A program made the translations under genes and the position numbers. A DNA stretch of 63,732 nt, counting the filler, from Octopus bimaculoides (Eukaryota): assembly GCF_001194135.2 (NCBI RefSeq). It is 4 parts of 4 records of this genome, joined end to end, with 100 filler letters (N's around TTAATTAATTAA, not from the genome) between each part and the next. Parts side by side here need not be neighbours in the genome. Positions count along the whole stretch, not along the records: positions 1 to 31,282 come from NC_068983.1; positions 31,383 to 58,959 come from NC_068991.1; 2 more parts are not named here. One strand, written 5' to 3'. Below are positions 24,575-36,075 of this stretch, piece by piece. The notes beneath the pieces are model-generated. The model was not told the origin of the DNA, made no database searches, and saw only the letters and a list, made by a program, of their open reading frames with translations. How positions within the stretch are numbered: position 1 is the first letter of the stretch; each line of letters begins with the position of its first letter.

Positions 24575-24885
24575 CATTTAATTAGTGAGAATGTTTCCAA
24601 AGATGTCGTGCCGACTTTTGCACTTGGCAATATTAATGACTTTTTAGTCATGCTTGTTGAATACCCATATATATGTCTGATGCATATATATATAGCTGCA
24701 TTCGATTCCATTCCAGATATGGTCCAGATGGTTTCAGCAGTTTTCGGTCGATTTTCTCTTTTAATTGCCATATATAACTTGCTAATTGCGTATCATAGCA
24801 ACTTTCTTGCATTCTAAAAGATCTGTGTTTACTTAGCCTGTCCTTAAAGGACTTCTCTGTTGCCTCAGATAGTTTTACTCTGTGT
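24575..24885 (-). pseudogene. Penelope-like element GIY-YIG endonuclease remnant
   Basis: Minus frame ATEKSFKDRLSKHRSFRMQESCYDTQLASYIWQLKEK resembles the G.TE..FK.R...H..SF......T.LS.YIW.LK segment of PLE endonucleases. Degrades afterwards. Confidence 0.6.
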
Positions 24886-25324
24886 GTGCACGTGCATGTG
24901 CGTGTATGTTTGTGTGCGTGAATATGATTGCATTGCATAAACACTTTAAGCGTTAATAAGCTGAACAACAATGAAATCTGGTGCCAGAAGTCATAGCTAT
25001 AAACTATGATTTCTGCAAAACCTGTTTTGATTCCTAAAATTCCTAAAATTTATTCAGTAAACATTTTCGGACGAATACTTCTTTTATTACAAAAACTCTT
25101 TAGTGATATGAGATTCGCTTTCATTTATTTTTTTGTTTGTGTAAAACACACTTTGTGAAAACATAGTTATATTTTTACAATAACAGTTATATGGAAACGT
25201 ATTTTTGTATTTTTACTTACCTGTACATAGAGATATATAATAAAAAATATTTTCCTCCTATGTTAAAAAACAAAACTTCTTATATATTTTTATACCTATA
25301 TCGATATTTTTCAACTATTTATAT

Positions 25325-25527
25325 ACTCTTTTACTCTTTTACTTGTTTCAGTCATTTTTGACTATGGCCATGCTGGAGCACTGCAATTATTCGACAAACC
25401 GACCCTAGAACTTATTCTTTGGAAGCCTAGTACTTATTCTATCGGTCTCTTTTGGCGAACCGCTAAGTTACGGGGACGTAAACACACCACCATCGGTTGT
25501 CAACCGATGTTGGGGGAACAAACGCAA

Positions 25528-25560
<33 letters not shown>
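25325..25560 (-). mobile_element. SINE family B, 3' half
   Basis: actcttttactcttttacttgtttcag..ggcgaaccgctaagttacggggacgtaaacacacc. Confidence 0.85.
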
Positions 25561-25567
<7 letters not shown>

Positions 25568-26177
25568 GTATATATATATATATATATATATAAACTACAT
25601 AAACTACGGTCTAAGCAACATATTACCTGCCTCTGGACGCCCTCTTCCCAAGACNNNNNNNNNNNNNNNNNNNNNNNNNNNNNNNNNNNNNNNNNNNNNN
25701 NNNNNNNNNNNNNNNNNNNNNNNNNNNNNNNNNNNNNNNNNNNNNNNNNNNNNNNNNNNNNNNNNNNNNNNNNNNNNNNNNNNNNNNNNNNNNNNNNNNN
25801 NNNNNNNNNNNNNNNNNNNNNNNNNNNNNNNNNNNNNNNNNNNNNNNNNNNNNNNNNNNNNNNNNNNNNNNNNNNNNNNNNNNNNNNNNNNNNNNNNNNN
25901 NNNNNNNNNNNNNNNNNNNNNNNNNNNNNNNNNNNNNNNNNNNNNNNNNNNNNNNNNNNNNNNNNNNNNNNNNNNNNNNNNNNNNNNNNNNNNNNNNNNN
26001 NNNNNNNNNNNNNNNNNNNNNNNNNNNNNNNNNNNNNNNNNNNNNNNNNNNNNNNNNNNNNNNNNNNNNNNNNNNNNNNNNNNNNNNNNNNNNNNNNNNN
26101 NNNNNNNNNNNNNNNNNNNNNNNNNNNNNNNNNNNNNNNNNNNNNNNNNNACACACACACACACACACACACATATG

Positions 26178-26216
<39 letters not shown>

Positions 26217-26451
26217 ACATACATAATATACACGCATATATATTATATATAACATATATAATATATATTATATGAATATTATGTATATTTATAAAATATA
26301 TATGTGTACGTGTATATATGTTTTAGAAATATCACATATGTGTGTGTGTCTGTGTGTATCATATACAGAAGATTGATCTAGTTTTATCTGAAGACATTAG
26401 TGGCCTTACTTTAAATCCTCACTTGTACAAGTCTTTGAAGTAAGAGAGAGA

Positions 26452-26482
<31 letters not shown>

Positions 26483-26486
26483 TGAC

Positions 26487-26528
<42 letters not shown>

Positions 26529-26552
26529 GGTGCGAGTGACTGCGAATTTCAT

Positions 26553-26587
<35 letters not shown>

Positions 26588-26924
26588 TCACATAACAATT
26601 CTTTACATATTCACCATTGGCATGAAATCTACAGATCATAACTACTGCAAGACCTGCAACTACAGCTAAAAGTGTTATATGATAATGCACAAAACACAGT
26701 ATTCAATTGAAATTGACAGAAGTTTCAATATATCAAATTTAGACAATGTGTTATTTATATAATACAAATGTAATTTCATTCGACAATGGTCTTCAGTCTT
26801 CAGCTGATAATAATTTTTTGTCATTTATGTAAGATATTTTAACTGAAATTTGATAATTTATTTACCATGTGGGTACCCATAATAAGTAGTAAATATCAGC
26901 TTCTGTTTCGTATTGCTTAGATTC

Positions 26925-27050
26925 ATCATCATCGTCATAAATTTAACGTCTGCTTTTCCATGCTTGCATGGGTCGGAGGGAGTTTGTTGTGATGCATATT
27001 TCACAACCAGATGCTCGTCCTGTTACCAACCCTTAGCTGTTCTTACGTCA
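26925..27050 (-). mobile_element. SINE family C variant, 3' part
   Basis: catcatcatc..tttaacgtctgcttttccatgcttgcatgggtcgga..ccagatgctcgtcctgttaccaaccc. Confidence 0.6.
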
Positions 27051-27169
27051 AGTTGATATTTCTCCATGGTTAGAGATAAGTAGATGGATGATTGGAAAAG
27101 AGGGACACTGCTTGTGAGATTCGTTTACAAGTATTTTGTGAAATTGGGGAGAGGCAACATGGACATGTA

Positions 27170-28059
27170 AGAGGTTTGATCAATAAGTATCCGGATTGTT
27201 GCCATAGTAACGAATTTAAAGCATGCAGAGTGAAGCTGCTTAGTACAGTTTGACCTTGAACTCTGCTGTGCATGTGCACTAAGTTTTAGCATTCTAGCTC
27301 ATTTCTGCTGTTTACAGCAGTGCTTGGAGGGAAGGTGTGTAACGTGTGATCAGCGCATTGACCATGACAAAGTTGTCATGGCAATACCTGTTCAGAGGCC
27401 TACGCAAAGTTGCTGAAATTGCATGAAGAGGAATATATAAGCCACACATAAGTGGACGGGTGATTCAGACATTTCCAAGATGGCCGACAAAATGTCGATA
27501 TTGACGAACATTCTGGGAGACCTGCAACCAGCAGAACTGAGAAAAACATTGTAGATGTGCATGCAGTTGTGAGGGGAAATCGTCAAACTACTATCCATGA
27601 GTTATCAGAGGATGTGAAGATTAGTTACGGTTCAGTTCAGTCCATTATCATTGAAGATCTGTGTATGAGACGCATGTCTGCCAAGTTTGTGCCAAAACTG
27701 CTTTCAGCTGACCAAAAAGACACCCAGTTTTCAGTTGGACAAGATCTCCTTGATTGTGTCGAGGAAGATGAAAACTTTTTTAAAACTTTGCATAGACCTA
27801 TGAGCAGGTATTGTCAAGCTTTTGTCGAAATTTGATGCAGATTCTCTGCTCAACTTTCTCTTTTATGGTTAATGCGACAATCACATGCTACACACCTTCC
27901 TACCAAGCACTGCTGTAAACAGCAGAAGTAAACTAGAATGTTAAAACTTAGTGCACATGCACAACAGAGTTTAAGGTCAATCTGTGCCAAGCAGCTTTAC
28001 CCTGTGTGTCTTAGCTTCGTTACTATGGCAACAATACGGATACTTATTATCAGATCATG
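27170..28059 (+). mobile_element. Non-autonomous mariner derivative with long inverted arms and the N-terminal half of a transposase
   Basis: TA at 27168-27169 and 28060-28061. Arms 27170-27411 and 27784-28059. Frame from 27383 reads FRHFQDGRQNVDIDEHSGRPATS..VVRGNRQTTIHELSEDVKISYGSVQSIIIEDLCMRRMSAKFVPKLLSADQK (mariner HTH plus WVP-equivalent FVPKLL), with two in-frame stops. Confidence 0.9.
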
Positions 28060-28094
28060 TACATAGATACAAACAAAGACCTAAATGCAAACCA

Positions 28095-28345
28095 CGATAA
28101 ATGATTCAGTTAATCTGATGAAATTAGCGTGCAAGTGGTTGAGTACTGCATAGACATGTGTACCAGTTATGTAGTTCTCAGGGAGATTGAGCGTGATACA
28201 GGATGGGACAAGGCTGGCCCTTTGATTTATGGGTAAAGCTCATTTTTGCCAGCTAAGTAGACTGATGGAACATGAAATAAAGATTCCGCCCCGGCAGGAA
28301 TCGAACTCATACTCTTACAATCGTGAAACCGAATATTCTGACCAT
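28095..28345 (-). mobile_element. SINE family E
   Basis: gcgtgcaagtggttgagtac..gtagttctcagggagattgagcgtg..tttttgccagctaagt..ggcaggaatcgaactc (reversed B box). Confidence 0.75.
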
Positions 28346-28377
28346 CAAGCTATTCGCCTTTACCACACACACACACA

Positions 28378-28545
28378 CGATAGGCTTTTCTGATTCAGTT
28401 TCTGTCAACAAAGTTCACAGACAAGGCTTTTGCTGGTCTGCAAATATAGTGGAAGACCCCTGCTCAAGGTGACACGCAGTGAAACTAAACTTGAACAGTC
28501 AGAGTGGGAAGCCAATTTCTTATCATAAAGCCACACCTTTGCCCA
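28378..28545 (-). mobile_element. SINE family B, 5' half (decayed)
   Basis: taggcttttc..tcagtttctgtc..acaaggcttt..caaggtgacacgcagtgaaact. Confidence 0.65.
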
Positions 28546-28600
28546 TAACACAACCTGCACCCACTTTTATAAACTTAGGAACAATAGCGTAGCTCTAGAG

Positions 28601-28815
28601 TGTGGGCAATAAAGAAATAAGAAACGAGCACGCCGGGCGAAATGCTTAGCGGTATTTCGTCTGTCTTTATGTTCTGAGTTCAAATTCCGCTGAGGTTTAC
28701 TTTGCCTTTCATCCTTTCAAGTTTGATAAATTTAGTACCAGTAGTGTATTGGGATGGATTTAGCTGACTGGCCCCTCCACCAAAATTTCGGGCCTTGTAC
28801 CTACAGTGGAAACGA
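28601..28815 (+). mobile_element. SINE family A, second unit of the composite form
   Basis: Starts with the same 26-bp linker as 24165-24190. Confidence 0.8.
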
Positions 28816-28829
28816 ATATGTATCTTACT

Positions 28830-29280
28830 GATGATGATGATGATGATTATGATGATGATGACAATAATGATTATGACACTGCCAACGCTGATGATTGCCG
28901 TGATGGTGATGGTGGAGCTAGTGAGGGTGGTGATAGTGGTGATGACGATGATAATGGTAGTTGATGGTGGTGGTGGTGGTGGTGGTGGTGGTGGTGGTGG
29001 TGATAGTGTTGTTGACAATAGTAATGTTGATGAGGAGGAAGGGGAAGATAAGGAGGAGGAGGAAGATGAGAAGGGTGACAGAGACGGCAATGACGATGTT
29101 GATGACGATGATGCTGCTGCTACTGCCGATGATGATGATGGCGATAGCGAAGAAGATTATGAGGATGATAAAGATGATGAAATCTGATTTGACATTTAAT
29201 TAGTTGTATCCTGCTAATCATTATTTTGCTCTGAATCATATTATTTTTTAATAACATTATTTTAAGATTATTATCATTAA

Positions 29281-29345
<65 letters not shown>
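28830..29345. repeat. (GAT/GGT/GAG)n compound microsatellite followed by (TTA)n
   Basis: Direct inspection. Confidence 0.85.
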
Positions 29346-29346
<1 letters not shown>

Positions 29347-29635
29347 TAACATTATTTTATGATTAATCACAAAAAAAACATGCTTAGTTTTTCAATTATT
29401 TTTTATAACTCTAAGTGCTAAAATTAATTAACTTAGATATGACATATATTTCAATTATTGGAATTAATTACTGTTATTTACCCTCAGGTCGTAATTAATT
29501 AAGCAAACCTGTAACGGTCAAAGGTATTCCAGCCATGGCCATCCCATGTACGATCTCTGCTAGCACAATGCTGTCCTTAGAACTGGACACAGATTATTTA
29601 AGTGCAGACATTTATCTTAACTTTTATTTTGCTTG

Positions 29636-30020
29636 TCATCATGATCATCATCATCATCATCATCGTCATCATCGTCATCATCATCAGCATCATTTAACGC
29701 CCTTTGTCCATGCTGGCATGGGTTGGATGGTTTGACCAGGGCTGGCACGCTGGAAGGCTGCACCAGACCCCAGTCTGAATTGGCATGGTTTTCTGCAGCC
29801 GGATGCCCTTCATTATGCCAACCACTCCGAGAGTGAAATGGGGGCTGTTACGTGCCACCGGCACTGGTGCCATTTGGACAACACCGGGGTGCATTTATGT
29901 GCCACCAGTATGGGTGCCAATTTGTGTGACACTGGTACCTTCCATGACTGCAATTTTGCTTGGCTTGAAGGGTTTTCTTCTCAAGCACAACATAATGCCA
30001 AAGATCTCGGTCATTGCATC
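29636..30020 (-). mobile_element. SINE family C, long form with internal gtgccacc/ggcac repeats
   Basis: (CAT)n tail, ccatgctggcatgggttggatgg, cagccggatgcccttc, then tgccaccggcactggtgcc-type repeats like 6700-6783. Confidence 0.75.
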
Positions 30021-30044
30021 CGTGTGGCCCAACACTCAGTTAGA

Positions 30045-30428
30045 GTTATTAGACTGCGGCCATGCTGGAGCACCACTTTGAGGGAATTTTAGTCGAATGA
30101 ATCGACTCCAGTCTTTCTTTTTAGTTAAGGTTTGTACTCATTTTCTCGATCATTTTGCCGAACTGCTATGATATGTGTACATAAACAAACCAACACCAGT
30201 TGTCAAGCAGTGGTAAGGGGCAATCACAGACATGCTCACACAAACACTCACACACACGCACACACATATGCAACAGGTTCCCTTCAGTTTCCATCTAGCA
30301 AATCCACTCGCAAAGCTTTGGTCAACTTGATGCTATAATAGAAGACACGTGCCCAAGGTGCCACGCAGTGGGACTGAACACAAAACCATGCGATTAGGAA
30401 GCAAACGTCTTACCACATAGCCACGCAT
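30045..30428 (-). mobile_element. SINE family B, full length
   Basis: gactgcggccatgctggagcacc..gccgaactgc..gcccaaggtgccacgcagtgggactgaac..cttaccacatagccac. Confidence 0.85.
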
Positions 30429-30714
30429 GCACTTGGGTAATATTTTTTTGATAAACCCTCACTGTTGGCCGCACATACAAAACTCCCCCCTTCTACATCG
30501 CCAATGTTTATTCCAGAGAAAGGCCACCGACTTTGTACCGTACATCTTGGAACCGGTATTATTAGAGACATGGCTGTTAGAAAGCTAAGAACCAGGACAG
30601 ACACTGCAAGGCATCTTAGCATCTCATCTCTAACATTTTTACCAATCACCAAACTAACTGTATTGGTTGTGTCATCAATTCTTGAATTGAACAAAACAAG
30701 AGTTTGAATTCAGA

Positions 30715-31044
30715 CTGCTGAAAGTTGAACTCAAACTGCAGAAGGTTGAGCTCAAACTGTAGAAAGTTGAGCTCAAGCTGCAGAAAGTTGAGCTCAGACT
30801 GCAGAAAGTTGAGCTCAGACTGCAGGAGATTGAACTCAAACTGCAGAAAGTTGAACTCAAACTGCAGAAAGTTGAACTCAGACTGCAGAAGGTTGAGCTC
30901 AAACTGCAGAAAGTTGAACTCAAACTGCAGAAAGTTGAACTCAAACTGCAGAAGGTTGAGCTCAAACTGCAGAAAGTTGAACTCAGACTGCAGAAGGTTG
31001 AACTCAAACTGCAGAAACTTGAACTCAAACTGCAGAAAGTTGAA
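30715..31044 (+). repeat. 21-bp minisatellite, about 16 copies (CTGCAGAAAGTTGAACTCAAA), reading LQKVELK
   Basis: Units start at 30715, 30736 and so on to 31030, at exact 21-bp spacing. Confidence 0.95.
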
Positions 31045-31230
31045 GCGAATGTCATAATGCATTGTGTGAAACATTAATAATCTCGTCAGTTCATTGCCTT
31101 TTGGTATTTCAAGGATTATATTGTCTAATGGAGTTTTTTATTTCTCTGAGATGGTAGGTTATGATCTAAAGGGTGATATGGGTTGCTCAAGGACGACGGT
31201 GACGATGATGGGGATAATGATGATGATGAC

Positions 31231-31270
<40 letters not shown>

Positions 31271-31282
31271 TTCGAGCCACAT

Positions 31283-31382
31283 NNNNNNNNNNNNNNNNNN
31301 NNNNNNNNNNNNNNNNNNNNNNNNNNTTAATTAATTAANNNNNNNNNNNNNNNNNNNNNNNNNNNNNNNNNNNNNNNNNNNN
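31283..31382. other. Artificial 100-bp scaffold join (44 N + TTAATTAATTAA + 44 N)
   Basis: Identical architecture at 58960-59059 and 61796-61895. The 12-mer places stops in all six frames. Confidence 0.95.
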
Positions 31383-32864
31383 ATATATATACATGCAATG
31401 CATGCATAACGTGCAAGTTACGAAAAGGAAAGTGAAAGATAAATTAAATATAGTAAGTGTTTTTATATATATATACGTTACCTAATATTGTTTATAGTTT
31501 CGTTTAAATATAGCAGTGGAGAGCCAACGGTTGTATGAGGGTTAAGTGCGACTACCTTTAAGACGTATAATGTTTCAGTAACGAAAAAAAAAAACAAAAA
31601 AAAACAGCCAATATATCGGTATATATTTTTGTTGATTTAATTGTATTTAAAGCCTGTCTTTTCGGTTAATTGTGTATTTTAGAAACCGCTATTTAATTTT
31701 TTTTTCTTTCTTTCATATATAATATATTTGTAAATATGTGTTTGAAATAATTATAGTCGTGTTTGAAAATAAGAAATCCTAAAACGTTTTGAGAAAAATT
31801 AATTGTTTTTGCAGCGGGAAAGTTTATTTTGAAACTCTGCCTTTAAAAATTTCTTTTGTATAAATTTTTTTTTTTTACGGATTACTATATGTTAGGAAAT
31901 AATAAGATTTTGCATATGTATACGTACTTATACATATGTATGTGCGTGTGTGTATATGTGTATTAATATTTATGTATATATGTAGATGTATTTATATATT
32001 TACTCAGTAAATCGATATATGTATGTTTGTATATATGTAATGTGTATTATGTGTGTGTATATATATATATATGTATGTGTGTATATATTATATATAGATA
32101 TAAATATGTATATTTAAGTATATATATATATATGCACATATATATGGTATATATATATATTTGTATATCTATATTATGTAAATGTGTGTGTGTACATATT
32201 TTTGTATGTATGTATATATGTAGGTATGTATGTATGTAGGTATGTAGGTATGTATGTATGTATGTATGTATGTACAAACTCACATACATTGTTGAGGGTG
32301 GGATTGGAAGAGATGACACTTGGTTCGAATGCTTGCGGAACAACGCTGAGTTTCTCGAAACGCTTCGAAGTACCAAGGTGGCTACTATTAAACCGGATGA
32401 CGAATTCGATTTCAAATACCTAGGTGACCACACGTCTGCTGGAAAATTATTTCGTTGTCGGGCCAGATCTTAACTTCATTTCCAGCATTGCGTTAACCAC
32501 TTTACCTCTATTGCTCGCTCTGCTCACTGCCCGAATGCTAGTTCCTTGTAATTTGCTGATATTTACAGAAAAAAAAAATCTCTTACGCGTTCTCTACAAT
32601 CAGCTGGTGTTGACAGAGATCTGTCGAAATGCTTAAACACTGTAGTACTTCCTATAAGTTTTTGCGTCGTGTGTGTGTCTGTGTATGTGTGTGTGAACAA
32701 CAGAAAACCGTAAAGGCATTTCGAATGCTAGGAAAGACGTAGAAAATGTGATCTCGAAACAGTTTTTAATATTCATTTATTTTATTATAATTATAATTAT
32801 TATTATTATTATAAAACTTTTTTAGTCAGCTTAACCTTCTGGGATCTTTTCCGGAAGAGATCCA

Positions 32865-33010
32865 CGTTCTGTGTTGAAATGTCGCCGATGTCAGCTTCGC
32901 CTTTCATCTTTTCAGGGTCGTTAAAATAAAGTACCAGTAGCACATTGGAATCCATTTAATCTACTTCCTTTTCCCCTCAAAATTGCTGACCTTGTCCCAA
33001 AAATTACATT
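32865..33010 (+). mobile_element. SINE family A, 5'-truncated
   Basis: acgttctgtgttgaaatgtcgccg..gcctttcatcttttcagggtcg..aagtaccagtag..ccttgtccc. Confidence 0.7.
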
Positions 33011-33194
33011 TTTTTAGTAGAAAATAATGCTTGCATGACGTTTTTTTTTTAAATTTCTTTTCCTTTTTTTATTTTTGTTTTATTTCAAACATAGTTTGCC
33101 GTGATTTATCTCATGGTTAGCACCACCCACATCGTGTTTGTATGTAAACCGAGTTCGAATGCTGGTTGCGCCAAACCAATTAAATTTTATAGAT

Positions 33195-33475
33195 GCAAGC
33201 ATAGCTGATGGTTAAGATGCTCGCTCTGCAACCACGTAGTTTTGGGTTGTCTCACTGCGCAACCAATGTATTGTGAGTGAATTTGATAGACGGAAACTGT
33301 GTGGAAGCCCATCGTATATGTATATGTGTCTTTGTGTTTGTATTTTCCCCACTACCGCTTGACAACCAGTGTTGATTTGTTTATATCTCTGTAACTTAGC
33401 GTTACATCCCGGTGACTTAGCGGACCATCAACATAGGTAACAGACGTAAAACATAATTACTAGGGTCGAATTTGT
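33195..33475 (+). mobile_element. SINE family B-related copy
   Basis: gcatagctgatggttaagatgctcgc..atttgatagacggaaactg..gaagcccatcgtatat..ttgacaaccag..gtaacttagcg. Confidence 0.7.
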
Positions 33476-33637
33476 TCAGGGGAAGGGGTCACACACACGC
33501 ACACACACACACACATAACGGGTTTCTTTCAGTTTCCGCCAACCAAATCTACTGATAAGGCTATGATCGGGCCACGTCACATACATACATACATTCCTAC
33601 ACAATGCATACATACATACATACATACATACATACTT

Positions 33638-33675
<38 letters not shown>

Positions 33676-34263
33676 GCAGTGTATTGTACTATTAAGGACT
33701 TATTGAGTTCATGATTATTCTAAAGGCATGTGTTGTCCTAATGTAAATTCGCATGAGAAATCAATGTAAACGCTAAGTGACAAAGCCCGATCTTAGAATG
33801 GCAAGCACAAACCAGACAGAGAGGCATTAAAGACAGAATCGAAGTCAGCATATTTTATGGACCCTTCTTCGAAAAGGATGAAAAACAAGCGTGGTTTGAA
33901 CAAAACGTGCAGAGAATCAACACATATTTAAAATAAACTTACAACGCTGCTATAGCCATTGTCATAAGCTAAACGGCTTTCCTAATTTCCTTATTAAAAA
34001 TATATTGACCGTTCCTCCAAAGTTCGCTCAGAGAAGAATCAATAAGTCCGCACTTGTGGATAAAGCTTCCGTTTATATTTCTGATATCGATGAAATATCT
34101 ACGCATATTCGTCTTTGTTGCTGCTGATGTTTAGCATCAGACAGGTGAGCATCGAGCAATCCTGGATTGAATGGTGCTTTCGCTAGGCCTTCCTCTAAAT
34201 AAGTCTATCTATCTATCTATCTATTTATTTATCTGTATGTCTGTCTGTCAATATATATACATA

Positions 34264-34654
34264 TACTCTTTTACTCTTTTACTTGTTTCAGTCACTTGAC
34301 TGCGGGTATGACGGAGCACCGTCTTTTAGTCGAACAAATCGACCCCAGGACTTATTCTTTGTAAGCCTAGTACTTATTCTATCGGTCTCTTTTTGCCGAA
34401 CCGCTAAGTTACGGGGACGTAAACTCACCAGCCTCGGTTGTCAAGCGAAGTTGGCGGGGGGGGGGGCAAACACATACACATATACATATATATATATACA
34501 TATATACGACGGGCTTCTTTCTGTTTCCGTCTATCAAATCCACTCACAAGGCTATAGTAGAAGACACTTGCCCAAGGTGCAACGCAGTGGGACTGAACCC
34601 AGAACCACGTGGTTGGTAAGCAAGTTACTTATCACACAGCCACTCCTGCGCCTG
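34264..34654 (-). mobile_element. SINE family B, full length, CpG-intact
   Basis: Tail to head with gccgaaccgctaagttacggggacgt intact at 34395-34420. Confidence 0.9.
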
Positions 34655-35721
34655 NNNNNNNNNNNNNNNNNNNNNNNNNNNNNNNNNNNNNNNNNNNNNN
34701 NNNNNNNNNNNNNNNNNNNNNNNNNNNNNNNNNNNNNNNNNNNNNNNNNNNNNNNNNNNNNNNNNNNNNNNNNNNNNNNNNNNNNNNNNNNNNNNNNNNN
34801 NNNNNNNNNNNNNNNNNNNNNNNNNNNNNNNNNNNNNNNNNNNNNNNNNNNNNNNNNNNNNNNNNNNNNNNNNNNNNNNNNNNNNNNNNNNNNNNNNNNN
34901 NNNNNNNNNNNNNNNNNNNNNNNNNNNNNNNNNNNNNNNNNNNNNNNNNNNNNNNNNNNNNNNNNNNNNNNNNNNNNNNNNNNNNNNNNNNNNNNNNNNN
35001 NNNNNNNNNNNNNNNNNNNNNNNNNNNNNNNNNNNNNNNNNNNNNNNNNNNNNNNNNNNNNNNNNNNNNNNNNNGTGTGTATTAATAACCGGTGGAAGTT
35101 ACAGAGTGACTCAACGACCGAAGGTTTCGTGCATCGGCACTTGTATACACATGCGCACATAGATACGGGTGCATATATATCTACAGTTATACTCCCCGCC
35201 AACACACATCGGTACAGAGTCTTTGTTAAAAAAAAAAAAAAAAACCCTCACTCTCGGTTCCGGACCCGCAGGCGTTAATCTTTTAGGCGAAACGATGAAA
35301 CGACAAAATTTATTAGAAACATTACTATCAAATTGTAAACACACTTCCTACCTCAACGACTACAATAGTAATAAGAAAAAGAAAAAAGGCGCAACTTTTA
35401 AATTCTAAACCAAACCCACGCAGAAACTGCAAAACTTGTCTTGACAAAACTCGCCTGACGGGTAGCGGGAACATTAACTGTCCACTTACAATTGTGTTTG
35501 GATAATGAAGATTGCTAGTCCATCAGTTGGTGAAAAAAATCGGTGGTGAATCTCTATGTAGGTGTGGCCGTTGACGATCGAATGAAACCATTTCTGCATT
35601 TATCCAGTCCGGTGGTAATCACAATAATGCTCCTCTAGTGGACCAGGCTACAAACCACATAGTAAGCAAATACGTAGGAGTGTAATGAAGGGCTGTGTGT
35701 GTGTGTGTGTATCTTTTTTTT

Positions 35722-36075
35722 ACTGGAGCACCACCTTTAGTCGAGCAAATCGACCCCAGGACTTAGTCTTTGTAAGCCTAGTACTTATTCTATCGGTCTC
35801 TCTTTTGCCGAACCGCTAAGTTACGGGGACGTAAGTATACCACCATCGGTTGTCAAGCGATGTTGGGGGACAAACACAGACACAAAAACGCACACACACA
35901 CACACACACGTATATATATATATATATGATGGGCTTCTTTCAGTTTCCGTCTACCAAATCCACTCACAAGGCTTTGATCGGCCCGAGGCTATAGTAGAAG
36001 ACACTTGCCCAAGGTTCCACGCAGTGGGATTGAACCCGGAACCATGTGGTTCGTAAGCAAGCTACTTACCATCCG
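35722..36075 (-). mobile_element. SINE family B, near full length, CpG-intact
   Basis: ggagcaccacctttagtcgagc..gccgaaccgctaagttacggggacgt..acgcagtgggattgaacccggaaccatgtgg. Confidence 0.9.

Noticed and set aside
5553-31044. 24-bp and 21-bp arrays as CRISPR-like arrays
   Set aside because: Units are contiguous with no unique spacers, there are no cas genes, and the context is eukaryotic.
31327-31338. TTAATTAATTAA palindrome as a biological site
   Set aside because: It is centred in exactly 44 N on each side three times, so it is an assembly spacer.
32258-32473. 71-aa ORF (..EGGIGRDDTWFECLRNNAEFLETLRS..) in CpG-rich unique DNA
   Set aside because: It starts inside a (TATG)n repeat, has no recognisable domain and no convincing splice pair. 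It may be regulatory sequence.
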